DNA of 63,122 bases, the filler included, from Dirinaria sp. TL-2023a (lineage: Eukaryota): the NCBI GenBank assembly GCA_051941275.1. It is 8 parts of 8 records of this genome, joined end to end, with 100 filler letters (N's around TTAATTAATTAA, not from the genome) between each part and the next. Parts side by side here need not be neighbours in the genome. Positions count along the whole stretch, not along the records: positions 31,694 to 39,495 come from JAVEBF010001269.1; positions 39,596 to 47,373 come from JAVEBF010001270.1; 6 more parts are not named here. One strand, written 5' to 3'. Both the position numbers and the translations under genes were made by a program. This document shows, piece by piece, positions 33,138 to 44,289 of the stretch. The notes beneath the pieces were generated by a model. The model was given only the letters and a program-made list of their open reading frames with translations, did not search any database and had not been told where the DNA came from. Each line of letters opens with the position of its first letter. The first letter of the stretch is position 1.

Positions 33138-33929
33138 ATGTATTTCAGCACACCTGTCTTTTCCTCACTTATTCTCGCCAGTAGTGCTTGGGCGCAGATG
33201 AAGAGCAGCAACTCGGGAGCAGCAACGCCTTCCGGCAGCACCAAAGTCCACGTCATCAACGTCTCTGATAAGAACGGCTCCCTCACCTACAGCCCCGCAA
33301 GCACTACTGTTCCAGTCGGAGACGTGGTGCAGTGGCACTTCTACCCGAAGAACCACTCCGTCGTGCAAGCAGCGTTCTCGAACCCGTGCGAACCGCTCAG
33401 CAACATCATGCCCAACCTGACCACCTTTTACTCGGGATACATGCCCGTCAGTCCGAAAGACACCATGAGGCCAGTCCTGACGATGATGGTGAAGACCGCG
33501 GCGCCGTTCTGGTATTACTGCTCGCAAGGCGACCATTGCCAGGATGGGATGGTGGGCGTTATCAACCCGTATGCCCAACCCAATCTACATCTTATAAGCA
33601 ATCTCCCCTCTGACTTGGAACATCACAGACCCGCCCCCAGCACCGGCAAAACCATCGACGCATTCGCGCAGAAAGCAAAAACAGCTCCCAAGAGCACGAT
33701 CCCGACCAACTCCACCCTTGCCGCCTCCTCATCGTCTAACAGCACCTCTCCCTCTCCCTCCTCCTCTCCGTCATCGAACAACAATAATACCGCGGCTTCG
33801 AAATCCGCCTCCGCTGCGGCTGCTCCCGCTGCTACTACGAGCGCTAGCACTTTCCCCGGCGCAGCGAATAATCTGGTCTGCGTCGGACTGACTACCTTTG
33901 TCGGACTGGGCTTGGCTTTGCTTTTATAG
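33138..33929 (+). CDS. Secreted, probably GPI-anchored cupredoxin-like Ser-rich protein
   Basis: Signal peptide, GDVVQWHFYPKNHSV, WYYCSQGDHCQDGMVGVIN. Likely 60-nt stop-free intron at 33569-33628. Confidence 0.88.
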   Translation: MYFSTPVFSSLILASSAWAQMKSSNSGAATPSGSTKVHVINVSDKNGSLTYSPASTTVPVGDVVQWHFYPKNHSVVQAAFSNPCEPLSNIMPNLTTFYSGYMPVSPKDTMRPVLTMMVKTAAPFWYYCSQGDHCQDGMVGVINPYAQPNLHLISNLPSDLEHHRPAPSTGKTIDAFAQKAKTAPKSTIPTNSTLAASSSSNSTSPSPSSSPSSNNNNTAASKSASAAAAPAATTSASTFPGAANNLVCVGLTTFVGLGLALLL

Positions 33930-34934
33930 ACAAAGTGGTTCGGAACCGCATGGCTTATATCTGATTCAACCCCCGCGGGAAACAACCAACTTCCAGGAAA
34001 AAGTTCGGGCGGCGAAGGAGGGCAGAGAGAGGAGAAGGAAGGATATTTGCTGTACCCACAATGTATATATAGATATAATAGGGTCCCACTGCCGCCACAC
34101 CACCGTACTCTGCTGCCGCACACATATCACCTTCACTTTGCTGCCACACCGCCCACTTCCCACTGATGGTTTTCATCTACCAGTAGTCCCTCCCTCTCTC
34201 TCTTTATCTAAATTTTTTTTCTCTGAACTTCGGTATAAGTTTCCTTTATAACGCGATCTGCTCACTATTTGACGCGAACGACGCATTTTCGTTCGCGGTG
34301 TTGTAAATCCGATTCCATCGTCCCCACATCTCGTGAAAACCGCCGTTTTGCTTTAGAAATTTCCTACGCACACAGACCCTGGCCTGTCTAGAGCAGGAGG
34401 AAAATGGGATATAACATCCTCCACTACTGTGGCGCGAGGATCACGGCGTGGCGAGACATCTGATGGATACTTGGACTTGGGAGTACTGGGACTCGACTGA
34501 GGTTTTGATACTTATGGTAGTTTCGGTCAAAGTTGCAAATTATTATTGCTAATCCTTTATTTCCTTAAGGGAATAATCTTCTCGTCGCTTTCGGAATGAT
34601 CTCCGAGCGTGGATTTAGATCTTGTGTAAGTTGGCTGAGCCGAGGTCGTGGCTCGTATCTAAGGTAAGCCTGTGGCTCGCTCAACTCTTCTAATTCACCC
34701 CGCTGTCCGAGATAGCGAGAAAGCGAAAGGCAGTCTGATTATCACAGCAAAACCTTTAGATGTTTCGGCGGTGACGACGGCTAGTCGCCGCTACTACAAA
34801 GTATACTTTATATCAGCTTTCTGGTCAATCGCAAACGCACGTTTGTTCGACCATTCGTCTGTGCTGTGTACGTCAAAGCATATATTTTACTTATTCTTCT
34901 TGTCGATATTCAGGAAGACTTTCATGTCGCCGCC

Positions 34935-37514
34935 ATGGCTGAAGCAGTGGTCATTGTCGGACTCCTCGCTTCGATCGCTTCTCTGATCGAGCTCAGCGCC
35001 AAAGTCGTCTCTCGATTACACGATTTCAACTCTAAGTCTTCCGAAGTCCCCAAGTCGTTTCATTTCCTGTCAACCCGTTTATCTTTGTTGACGACAACAC
35101 TCCAACATATTCAGTCTCAGGCAGAGAGTGGCCGCTTTTCAGATGATACAACAAAAGCTCTGAAATCAGTTGTCGACGATACTTTCAAACAAGTGTCTGA
35201 TATACAGATATCTCTGTTTAAAGTCATCTCATCAGATAGTGTTTCGAAGCTTGAGCGGACTTTGAAAGCGTTGAAGAGTCTGGTCAAGGAAGATAAAGTA
35301 CAGAAAGCATTGGAAAAGATATCTAAAAATAATGAATTTTTGGTACTGCATCAGACGACACAGCATGTCGACATGGGTGATCGCATTCTGAAAGCATTGC
35401 CGAAGCTGAGTGTAACATCAGCAACACTATCGAACTCTTCGTCGAACATACCGTTTCGACGAGACTCAGATTTCGTCGATCTGGGGGTTATTCTTGATCA
35501 GCTTCATCAAAAATGCACTTTGCCGGCGTCTCGGACGGCGCTCGTCGGCTTCGGCGAAGTAGGGTAAGTGAAGACAAGCAGTTGTAGATACGGCGAATCG
35601 AGGTACTGACTTCAGGTCAGAAAGTCGCAGCTCGTCATCGAACTCGGCTATCGAATTCGAGAACGATCGTCTGAGACGTGGATGCTCTGGATGCATGCTG
35701 GAATCTCGGCACGGTTCGAGCAGAGCTTTCGCGATATCGCCGATTTCATCGAGATTTCTGGGCGGCAGAATCTCAAAGTGAATGTCTTCCGACTTGTTCA
35801 TGATTGATTACGTAATAAAAAGATTGGGCAGTGGTTGCTGGCCCTCGATAACGTCGACAATTCTGATCTTCTTTCCGAGGCTGGAGATGCTGGCGAGCGA
35901 GAACAAGGTGCCGGGGTGAATGGTGAACGTCGGCAGCCGATGTCAGTGTATCTTTCTCAAACTCAGAATGGATCGATTTTGGTCACTAGTCGGAGCAGAC
36001 ACGCTGCATTGAAGTTGGTGGAAGAAAAGGATATAGTGGCACTACAATCAATGATCGCGACGCACGCGCAGTCTCTGTTCGAGAGGAAATTGGGGTCGCT
36101 CGATCAGGGTGATGACACTGCGGAATTAGCAGCAGCACTGAAGTTTATGTCGCTCGTTATCGTTCAAGCGGCGGCATATATCTCTGAAAGGTCACCACGA
36201 TATTTCGTGCAACAATATCTCGAAGACTATCGAAAAAGCGATCGTAAAAAGACGAGTCTTCTGAATTACGAAGAAGGACAGCTTCGAAGAGACTGAGAGG
36301 CTCGAAATTTCATTATAAATATCTGGCAGATCTCGTTCGAATATATAAGACAGAAACGGTCATTCGCATCTAATCTACTCTCGTTGATGAGCTTTTTTGA
36401 ACGACAGGGTATTCGAGAAGTTCTAGTTCGAAACCGAGCCGAAATCGAAAATGATCATCGAAGTCAGAAAGATCACGATGAGCATGATAACAGAGAAGAA
36501 GAGGAAGATGTTGAAGATAATGTATCGAAAAGCAGTGAGGACGGTGAATTTGAAGACGACGTGCAGACGTTAAGGGACTACTCATTTCTCTTCGTTGGTA
36601 CAAACGGAACTTTTGAAATGCATGCGCTTGTGCAATTGACCACGCGAAAATGATTAGAGGCCAACGAAGAACTCGAGCAGTGGAAGCAGCGTTACATCAA
36701 GAAGCTTTTCGCTGAGTTCTCGATCGAAGAGTTTCAGAATTGGATCTACTGCCATGCACTCTTTCCTCATGCAAAATCGGCAGTCACACAACGGTCACAG
36801 GCAGAAGAGTCACTGAGAGAATGGGCTTCATTTCTTTATCGTGCGGCATGATACGCGTGAAGAAAAGGAAGCATAACTGAGATTATCGACCTATTCTTTA
36901 CGGCGATGAAAGTGAGGAAGAAAATACTTGACGAAGCGCACGAGGAGACTTTAAGCAGTATGAACATGATAGATCTAGCATATAGCTTAGGAGGACGCTG
37001 GAGAGAAGCGGAAAAGCTGCAGTTGCAAGTGATGAAGACAAGGACGAGAGTGCTGGGCAAGGAACATTCAGACACGCTAGTCAGCATGAGTAATCTTGCC
37101 TCGACATACTGGGAACAAGGACGGTGGAAGGAGGCGGAAGAGCTGCAGGTGCAAGTGATGGAGACAGAGAAGAGGGTGCTGGGCAAGGAACATTCAGACA
37201 CGCTAATCAGCATGAATAATCTTGCCTTGACATACTGGAAACAAGGACGGTGGAAGAAGGCGGAAGAGCTGGAGATGCAAGTGATGGAGACAAGGACGAG
37301 AATGCAGGACAAGGAGCATTCCGACACGCTGGCTAGCATATTCAATCTGGCATTTACATTCAAGTATCAAAGTCGTTATGAGGAGGCCGTCTCTCTAATA
37401 GAAACCTGCTTCGAATTACGAAAGCGGATTCTTGGCCCTGAGCATCCAGATACGAAGCTCTCGCTTCGGGCTTTTCAGGAGTGGAAAAAGGAAGCAGAGG
37501 AACATAAGCAGTGA
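34935..37514 (+). pseudogene. NLR-like (STAND) gene: SesA/HeLo-like N-terminus, NB-ARC-type NTPase, TPR repeats; five in-frame TGA
   Basis: P-loop ALVGFGEVG-KSQL across an intron (35564-35620), WLLALDNVD, SILVTSR, MHALVQ, 42-aa TPR units LGKEHSDTL. TGA at 35805, 36294, 36651, 36849 and 36858. Confidence 0.88.
37047..37424 (+). repeat. 126-bp TPR-coding tandem repeats
   Basis: Units start at 37047, 37173 and 37299. Confidence 0.85.
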
Positions 37515-37986
37515 CTTGCATCATACAAGAAAAGCCAAAAAAAAAAAAAAAAAAAAAAAAAAACATAATAGATCTCAGCTGGATTACAGAATCTGTAGAG
37601 GGATTTTCCATCTTGCTGGATCAGTGCATCAACAAAAAATTGTGATGCGTGCAAAAAGCCCTTCAGACTATTTTGCATTGCCTTTTGCAACAGGAACGAT
37701 CCTCGCAGGAATATGGCGGGAGCAGGACAGAGGAAAAGCAGAGACCAACTCCTTTACCTCCAATCATTCGCTTCATCTAGGCGTACGATAATATGGGCGC
37801 CGAAGATCTGCGATGATATAGTCAACTCTCTCCCTCTCTCATCAATTGTTCGATTATATCGAACAACTGAGTGACAGGACACTGGCAGCCTGCGCGCGCG
37901 AAGCCTACCTCGATACCGGATCCCAGCTCTGTTCTCTTGGTGCAAAACAGTTCTCATCCTCATCTTCGAAACCACATATATCCGCG

Positions 37987-38026
<40 letters not shown>
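37987..38026 (+). repeat. (CTA)n microsatellite
   Basis: Direct reading. Confidence 0.9.
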
Positions 38027-38027
<1 letters not shown>

Positions 38028-40113
38028 GAGGGGCTCGACACGGTTTGCGTGGCGCGATTTATTTTCAATTCTCAATCTGTGCGCGGAGACGAGCGAAGCG
38101 TAGATTATATATGTCGGTTTTTTAAGGTTTTGATGCCGTCTGGCTTTCTTCATATGCTCATTGTGGCTTTTGATCTTCGTCTTGTTGTAGTAGTATTAGT
38201 GGTAGTGGTTTTTTGGGGTTGTCGATGGCTTTGGCACTAGGTCCCCCCTTTTTTTCTTCTTATTTGCTATCGAGTCATGTGCTGGCTCAAGGTTGCTTTG
38301 ATGGATTTTGTCTGTCTGTGATGCTGTGGTGTGGAGTATGTGATGGGTGTGTTTAGGGGGCTAGGGTAGCATGCCGATGGCACACCCAGAGGTATCGTCA
38401 CCACCATTGTCGTCATCATCATCATCATCACCATCATCATTACTTTCGATTTATTTTTTACTTCTTCTTCTCCCTGTGAGCAAAGTTTACACTTTCGTAG
38501 CTTAATGTTCGTTATTACTTGAGCCCCACCCACCTACCTAGTTCTATAGTACTATATAACTTCCTCCCGAGCTTTCAAACATGATATATAGGTTTTTTCT
38601 TCTTCTTCTTCTTTTTTCAAATACGTACGATACAACGATCTCTCTATCTCTCTACCTAGGAAATGGAATTTATTCATAAAAAATCGTATATATATATATA
38701 TCTACTTACAGCTGCTTGCTTTGCCGATGCAGATAAATTCCCATTGTAATACATTCCTCGAAAATAAATGAAAGTTATCCATCTGCTGTCTTATTAGAGA
38801 GAAAGACAGAGAAGTATTTCAATTCAGCGTACCCCAATCCCCATTTTCATCCATCCATCTATCAATCAATCAATTTCCCCCTTCCCAACCCTTCTATTCA
38901 TCCCAGAATTAAACGGTAATCCATTCCCTCTCTCTAGCTTAGTCGACGAAAGAAACAAGGATTTCAGCAATATCCCGTTTTCAATTTTTATCAAAGTGTG
39001 TCCATGGATTCGGATTCTTCGTGGAAAAATGGGAAAAGGCGTGGCATCGTTAAATCGATGAATTCTTAAAAAAAGAGATTCGAAGAAGTCAGCAATTTAC
39101 AATTTTTTTTTCTTTGGGAGAAAAGGAGGCACTAATAGATAAGAATTCCAAGGTAAATGAGGAAACGGCGGTGGTGGGGCAGTAAAAAGTAAAGACAGTG
39201 CGAACCCCCCCTATGTTCTCCTACCACCTTATAAGTCAACCCCTATCCTATTCCCCAGCAAAAACTCATCTTCTACAATCTTTCCAAAACTTTCAAAAAA
39301 AAAAAAAAAAATCTCAGATACATCCTCCTATCTAAATCCCCACTTACATACATACTCCGAATTCCAAAATATCGATATCGTGTTTTCGAACAGCCTGCTC
39401 CTGAATGCGATCGATAGTAAAAATCACGATTTTCCCATACAAATTCGAACATTTTCAATCATCCACTTACTCTCGCGCACACTCCAAACATCAAANNNNN
39501 NNNNNNNNNNNNNNNNNNNNNNNNNNNNNNNNNNNNNNNTTAATTAATTAANNNNNNNNNNNNNNNNNNNNNNNNNNNNNNNNNNNNNNNNNNNNGCCAG
39601 GATGGTTGTACTCTTAAGTACACAAATTCATGCCAAGACTCTAACCAAAATAGGAAACAGTCAGTGCGCGTATCAAACATACTGTAGGTATGCGACAGAC
39701 GTGGGACACTCAATATTATAGAGGTGCCATGTATCCAAGACCGTTGTGTATCGGATGGCATTTGGAGATTTCCAGCACTCTGGATGGGTAAGCGAGTCTA
39801 TTCCCAACGCGTCAACCACTCTGAGCCACGTGACTTATCGATGGCGTACATTCCAGTGGCTGTGCTTGCTCGTAACCTCGGCCCAGATAAGTAAGGTAGC
39901 CGTGCGTATCGTCTCGGAGCTCTTTCCAAATGTTGCGAATCGGCACCGAGTCTTAATAAAGAACGGAGTATTCTAATGCCAATAATAATCTCAAGCTCTT
40001 GCTGCCTAATATCTCCCACCTGCAGAACAACCTACAGCGCTTCCATATTCTTCAGTCGCATTAGAAAGTTCTCCACGACTTCTCTGCTTCGTCAACCTCT
40101 CAGCTCTCGCACT

Positions 40114-40676
40114 ATGGCTTCCGCAACCAGCTTCTACGACTTCAAGCCCCTCGACAGCAAGTCCTTCATCCTGACTTTGATCGCCTGTCTTCTAATTTGA
40201 ACGCAGAAAAGGGCGAACCATACCCCCTCTCATCGCTCAAGGGAAAAGTCGTGCTCGTGGTCAACACAGCCAGCAAATGCGGGTTCACACCGCAATTCAC
40301 CGCTCTCGAATCGCTCTACAAATCCATCTCCTCGTCGCACCCGGACCGCTTCGTGATTCTCGGCTTCCCGTGCAACCAGTTCATGCAGCAAGACCCGGGG
40401 GACAACGACACGATCCAGAATTTCTGCCAGGTCAATTACGGCGTCAGTTTCCCCGTGCTGGGGAAGACGGATGTGAACGGGGAGAAGGCGGAGCCCGTGT
40501 ACGAGTGGATGAAGAAGGAGGTGCCGGGACTGTGGGGCATGAAGAGGATCAAATGGAATTTCGAGAAGTTCTTGATCAGTGCGGATGGCAAGGTTGTGCA
40601 GAGGTGGGCCAGCACCACGAAACCGGAGACGTTGGAGGGGCCGATCATGGAGGAGATCAAGAAGGCGCAGAGTTAG
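40114..40676 (+). CDS. HYR1: Glutathione peroxidase-like peroxiredoxin (Hyr1/Gpx3 family), 2 exons
   Basis: GKVVLVVNTASKCGFT, LGFPCNQF, IKWNFEKFL. Intron at 40157-40206. Confidence 0.92.
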
Positions 40677-42226
40677 AGTGGTGAACCGAAGCCTGAGTTG
40701 TGAGCAGAGGATGATGTATGGTAGGTAGGTCTCACGATTTAATGCAGGTCTCACGGTCCTTGTTATGCCAGTATTGGAAATAAACCAAACTTCATGCCTC
40801 AACAGTTAGAATTATAGTCTCAGACCTTTACACCAAGTGGCTTCCCTTATACTTCCACTTTCTTCGTGATGCCAGATCCACGGATTCTCTCTTCGAGCTG
40901 TTCAGTACACCTTCCAACCCTACTTCGTCAGCACCAAGAAAATCCAGATCCAACAGCCCCAAACAATTAATTCCCAGCTCACTCTGAAAATCCATTCACA
41001 ATGAAAAAGACTTGGATCAAGCTCATATCTTACCCAAAAATTCTCCTTTGATTCCAAAATGCAGATCATAGACACTGAATACCTTCTCCCTTTCACTCTC
41101 CCCCTCTCCCTCTTCGATTTCCCCCATACAAGACCCTACAAAAACGAGCCGCCAGTACCTTAGCGCACTTCACACGTATTCTTCGATCACCACTGCATTT
41201 TATCTCCTATTACGTAGTAGCTGCCATATTACATCCCGGAATCTATTGGCAGATTTTTTCCAGCGGAGTCTCGGTTTCGCTTAGCCATAAGTATTTTCCC
41301 CTAGACTTATTCCTTTGATATCTCCGAGCCACTATATTCAATATCAGGTCGATGTTAGGATCTATTCCAATACGGGAGGTAAGTAAAAAGAGATGCATGG
41401 TTCTGATAATTCGTTGGACAAGATAAGGAGAGTCGATACCGTGATTTAGAATAGAAGAGGAAGCCTTGCTTGCGAAGATGGTAGTAAAGGGGTGGTGAGG
41501 GAGAAGGAAAGGTAATTAATGGCTGTGTGAGGAGTGATTGGTGTTTATGCAGATGAAACAGCTTGGGAGTGAGTTGGTAATGATGTGGGGGAGTGGAATT
41601 TGTTACTTCCTGAGGAAGAAAATACCTATGGAGAATCGAGGATTTTTAGGATGTGAGGATTAGGGGGGGAAGTTTCGAGGGTGCTTTACGCCACCAGTGG
41701 CAGCTTAGGTACCTTATTAGAAGCGACTTTCACAGGTGTATAAGTAAGTATATGGGCTGCTCGTAGCAAAGTATAAGATACTATTGTGTGGTCTACACCA
41801 ATCTTGAATACCTAGCTATGTGCGGCCGTGACTGGAAGCCGCTTTTCTTCTCTGTCCTATCACTACCCGAAATAAACATAAAAAATGGTGAGCAGTGTTT
41901 GTTCGCGCAAGCGCCGAAATCATGATCTGGAAACAAATATACTAAATACGAGAGGAGGTAGAGGGAGAGGTACCCAGAAACGCCACGCTTCGCTAGTACA
42001 AGGACATCCTGGCCAAAGAAAATCTATTAGAACGCTTAGAAAAGAGAGCCTCCCGTATGGCTCGAAAACCCCCCCCCCATCGTACCCATGTCCTAATCCT
42101 AATGTGAAACCTCCAGGACTCCATGAAGGGCGTGAGACATCAAACTAACCGGTACCGAACGCCATCTACGCTGTTCCTAAAGATGATAACCGTACCATGA
42201 GTGATACATTTCCCCTCTTTCTTTTT

Positions 42227-44289
42227 TCAATTTGTCTGGCCTCCAGTGAGTTTTGCGACAGTCTCCTCAAGTTTCTGGAGTCTTTCATCCCTCTGCTGAA
42301 GCTCTCGCTGCAAATACTGGACCTGCGCTCGAAGATCATCCGAATCCTGCTCAGTGACTTCAACAGGAGAGCTTTGGTCATTCTCTTCTGCTTTTCTCCT
42401 CTTGTTTGAATCTGGAGCCGCCGCTTCCTCATCTTGCTCATCCTGTGCCGGCTCTCTTCGTCGTTTTCTGTTATTGCGGCCTTCGGCTTTAGGTGCTTCG
42501 ACCGCTTTTCCGTCTTCGTCAACGCCCCGGTGCCTTCTTCTGAGATGCTCGGTGAGGTTTTCTTTGCGTGAGAATTCAGGGCCCGCACTCCGGTTGCAGT
42601 CCTTGTATGGACACACGTAGCGTACCTTGGGGCCCCCATGCTTTTTGTGGACCTCACGCTGATGACGCGAAAGTCCACCGCTGTAGGTAAATCCAAGAAT
42701 CTTCTCACAGCCCCGTTCTTTACAGATATACGGACGGTTATGCTTGTCCATGTGTTTCGTCCATTCGCACTTCCGAGTAAATTTTGGTGGTGTCGATGAG
42801 CATTCGCTATGTGCGCAATACATCTGCCCTTGGTCGTTTCGAGCTGGCTCTTCAGATTTTGCAGATTGAGGACTACCATAGATGCCAGACTTTCTTGACG
42901 GGATAGTGGTGTACGGTACTCTTGGACCTACATCGGCTGTTGGGTAGATGGACAAAGATGGAGATCTGCTTTGACCGGACATTGGTGAGCTTGGACTTGG
43001 ATAATCGGGCATGTCGCTGAGTCTCAAGGCAAGGCTGTCGACTGGCAGATTTGTTGTGGCGCTATGCCCTGCGAACCCTCTGCCTGCTTCGTAAGGGACA
43101 ACTGGGGTTGATGCCGGGACATAAGGATAGACTGCAGTCGGAGCGTTGACGTTTGGAATTATAGGCGCTTGAACGGGGAGTTGCTCGGATTGGTGATATT
43201 GGTGGATGGCAAGCGTATAATTGGAATCGCCAGGAACGCTAGATAAAATATTGATGCCTTGCTCGTGAGGCGAAAGTCCGGGAGCAGTCGCAAAAGGGGC
43301 TGAAGAAGTCGAAGAGCTAGCAGATATATAAGCTGTTGATGCAAAGCTAGTACTAGACGCTGGCAGGGAATAGTAGTCCGTAATACCTGCAAAGTAGGGT
43401 TAGTCATACATTCTGCCCTACCTTAGCGCTACTCGTGACCTCGCATGACTCACGTTCACTACTGGCGCGCCGCGAATGATCTTCTGCCTGCGAAATCTGC
43501 CACAACGAATCTGTCGGCGCAGCGATGGTATATGCGCTGCCCGTGCATATTTCTATCACGATTTGTCAGCACCTACGAATCTCTTTGAAGGTCAGCCACG
43601 TACGAGTACTCGTACCGGGGGCTGTGTGTGGCGATTGTCCTGTCCAAAAGTCAGGAAATCCTGCCGCCTGGTTCCAAATACCACCGCGTGTCGAGTCCTC
43701 GTAGAACATCCAGCAGACGCCCCAGAGTACTACAAGCGCTGGCTTGATATTCCACGGCCATGTTGTGCTTAACGGTCGTCGGCCACTTGGCCACTCGGTA
43801 AACCACTCTTCAGTGTTATGCCGCCGTTGCTTCCAATATTGGTGCCAACGAACTATATCAGTCTCCAGCAACTTCATGGTATAGCAGAATAAAGCTTCCG
43901 ATGCAGCCTGCTCTAAGCAGAGAAGCATGTGCTCAAGGTTGGCTCGGATACTCGGACATATGAGGCCAATAAGGTGCGTTGTCTCCTCGGCAGTGAAACT
44001 TTTTGCATCAGCGTCGGTATCTGACATCTGCCGTAGCCTAGAAATCAGCAACATTGCAAGTCTCCAGACTCTTCCGAGTTCTTCGATCCCTTTACGTGAT
44101 AGTACATGTTGAGCGTCATACTGCAAGAAGAGCTCGGCTCGGGTGGCGACTACCCCTGTCAATGCTCGTTGGGGTTTGACGACCACATCAAGTTCGTCAA
44201 GCAGCCTGATCAGAGGATGGCGTTGGTCAGCGACATTTCAAAAGGGATCAGCTGCCATACTCTCGGATGCTTGTACGACAGGCACCCAT
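42227..44289 (-). CDS. C2H2 zinc-finger transcription factor with an N-terminal WPWNIKP..LWGVCWMF domain; start uncertain
   Basis: Three C2H2 fingers plus a C-terminal coiled coil. Manual splicing of GT-AG introns joins ORF 43566-44186 in frame to ORF 42227-43027. Confidence 0.78.

Noticed and set aside
35805..36860. TGA read as Trp (alternative code) or stop restoration by A-to-I editing
   Set aside because: Other genes here end in TGA and use TGG. The same gene carries many parallel CC->TC and GG->GA missense changes, so mutation is the simpler explanation.
37360..38533. ORFs with poly-F, poly-K, poly-V, poly-L, poly-S or poly-M tracts
   Set aside because: They are translations of poly-A, (CTA)n and (CAT)n simple repeats.
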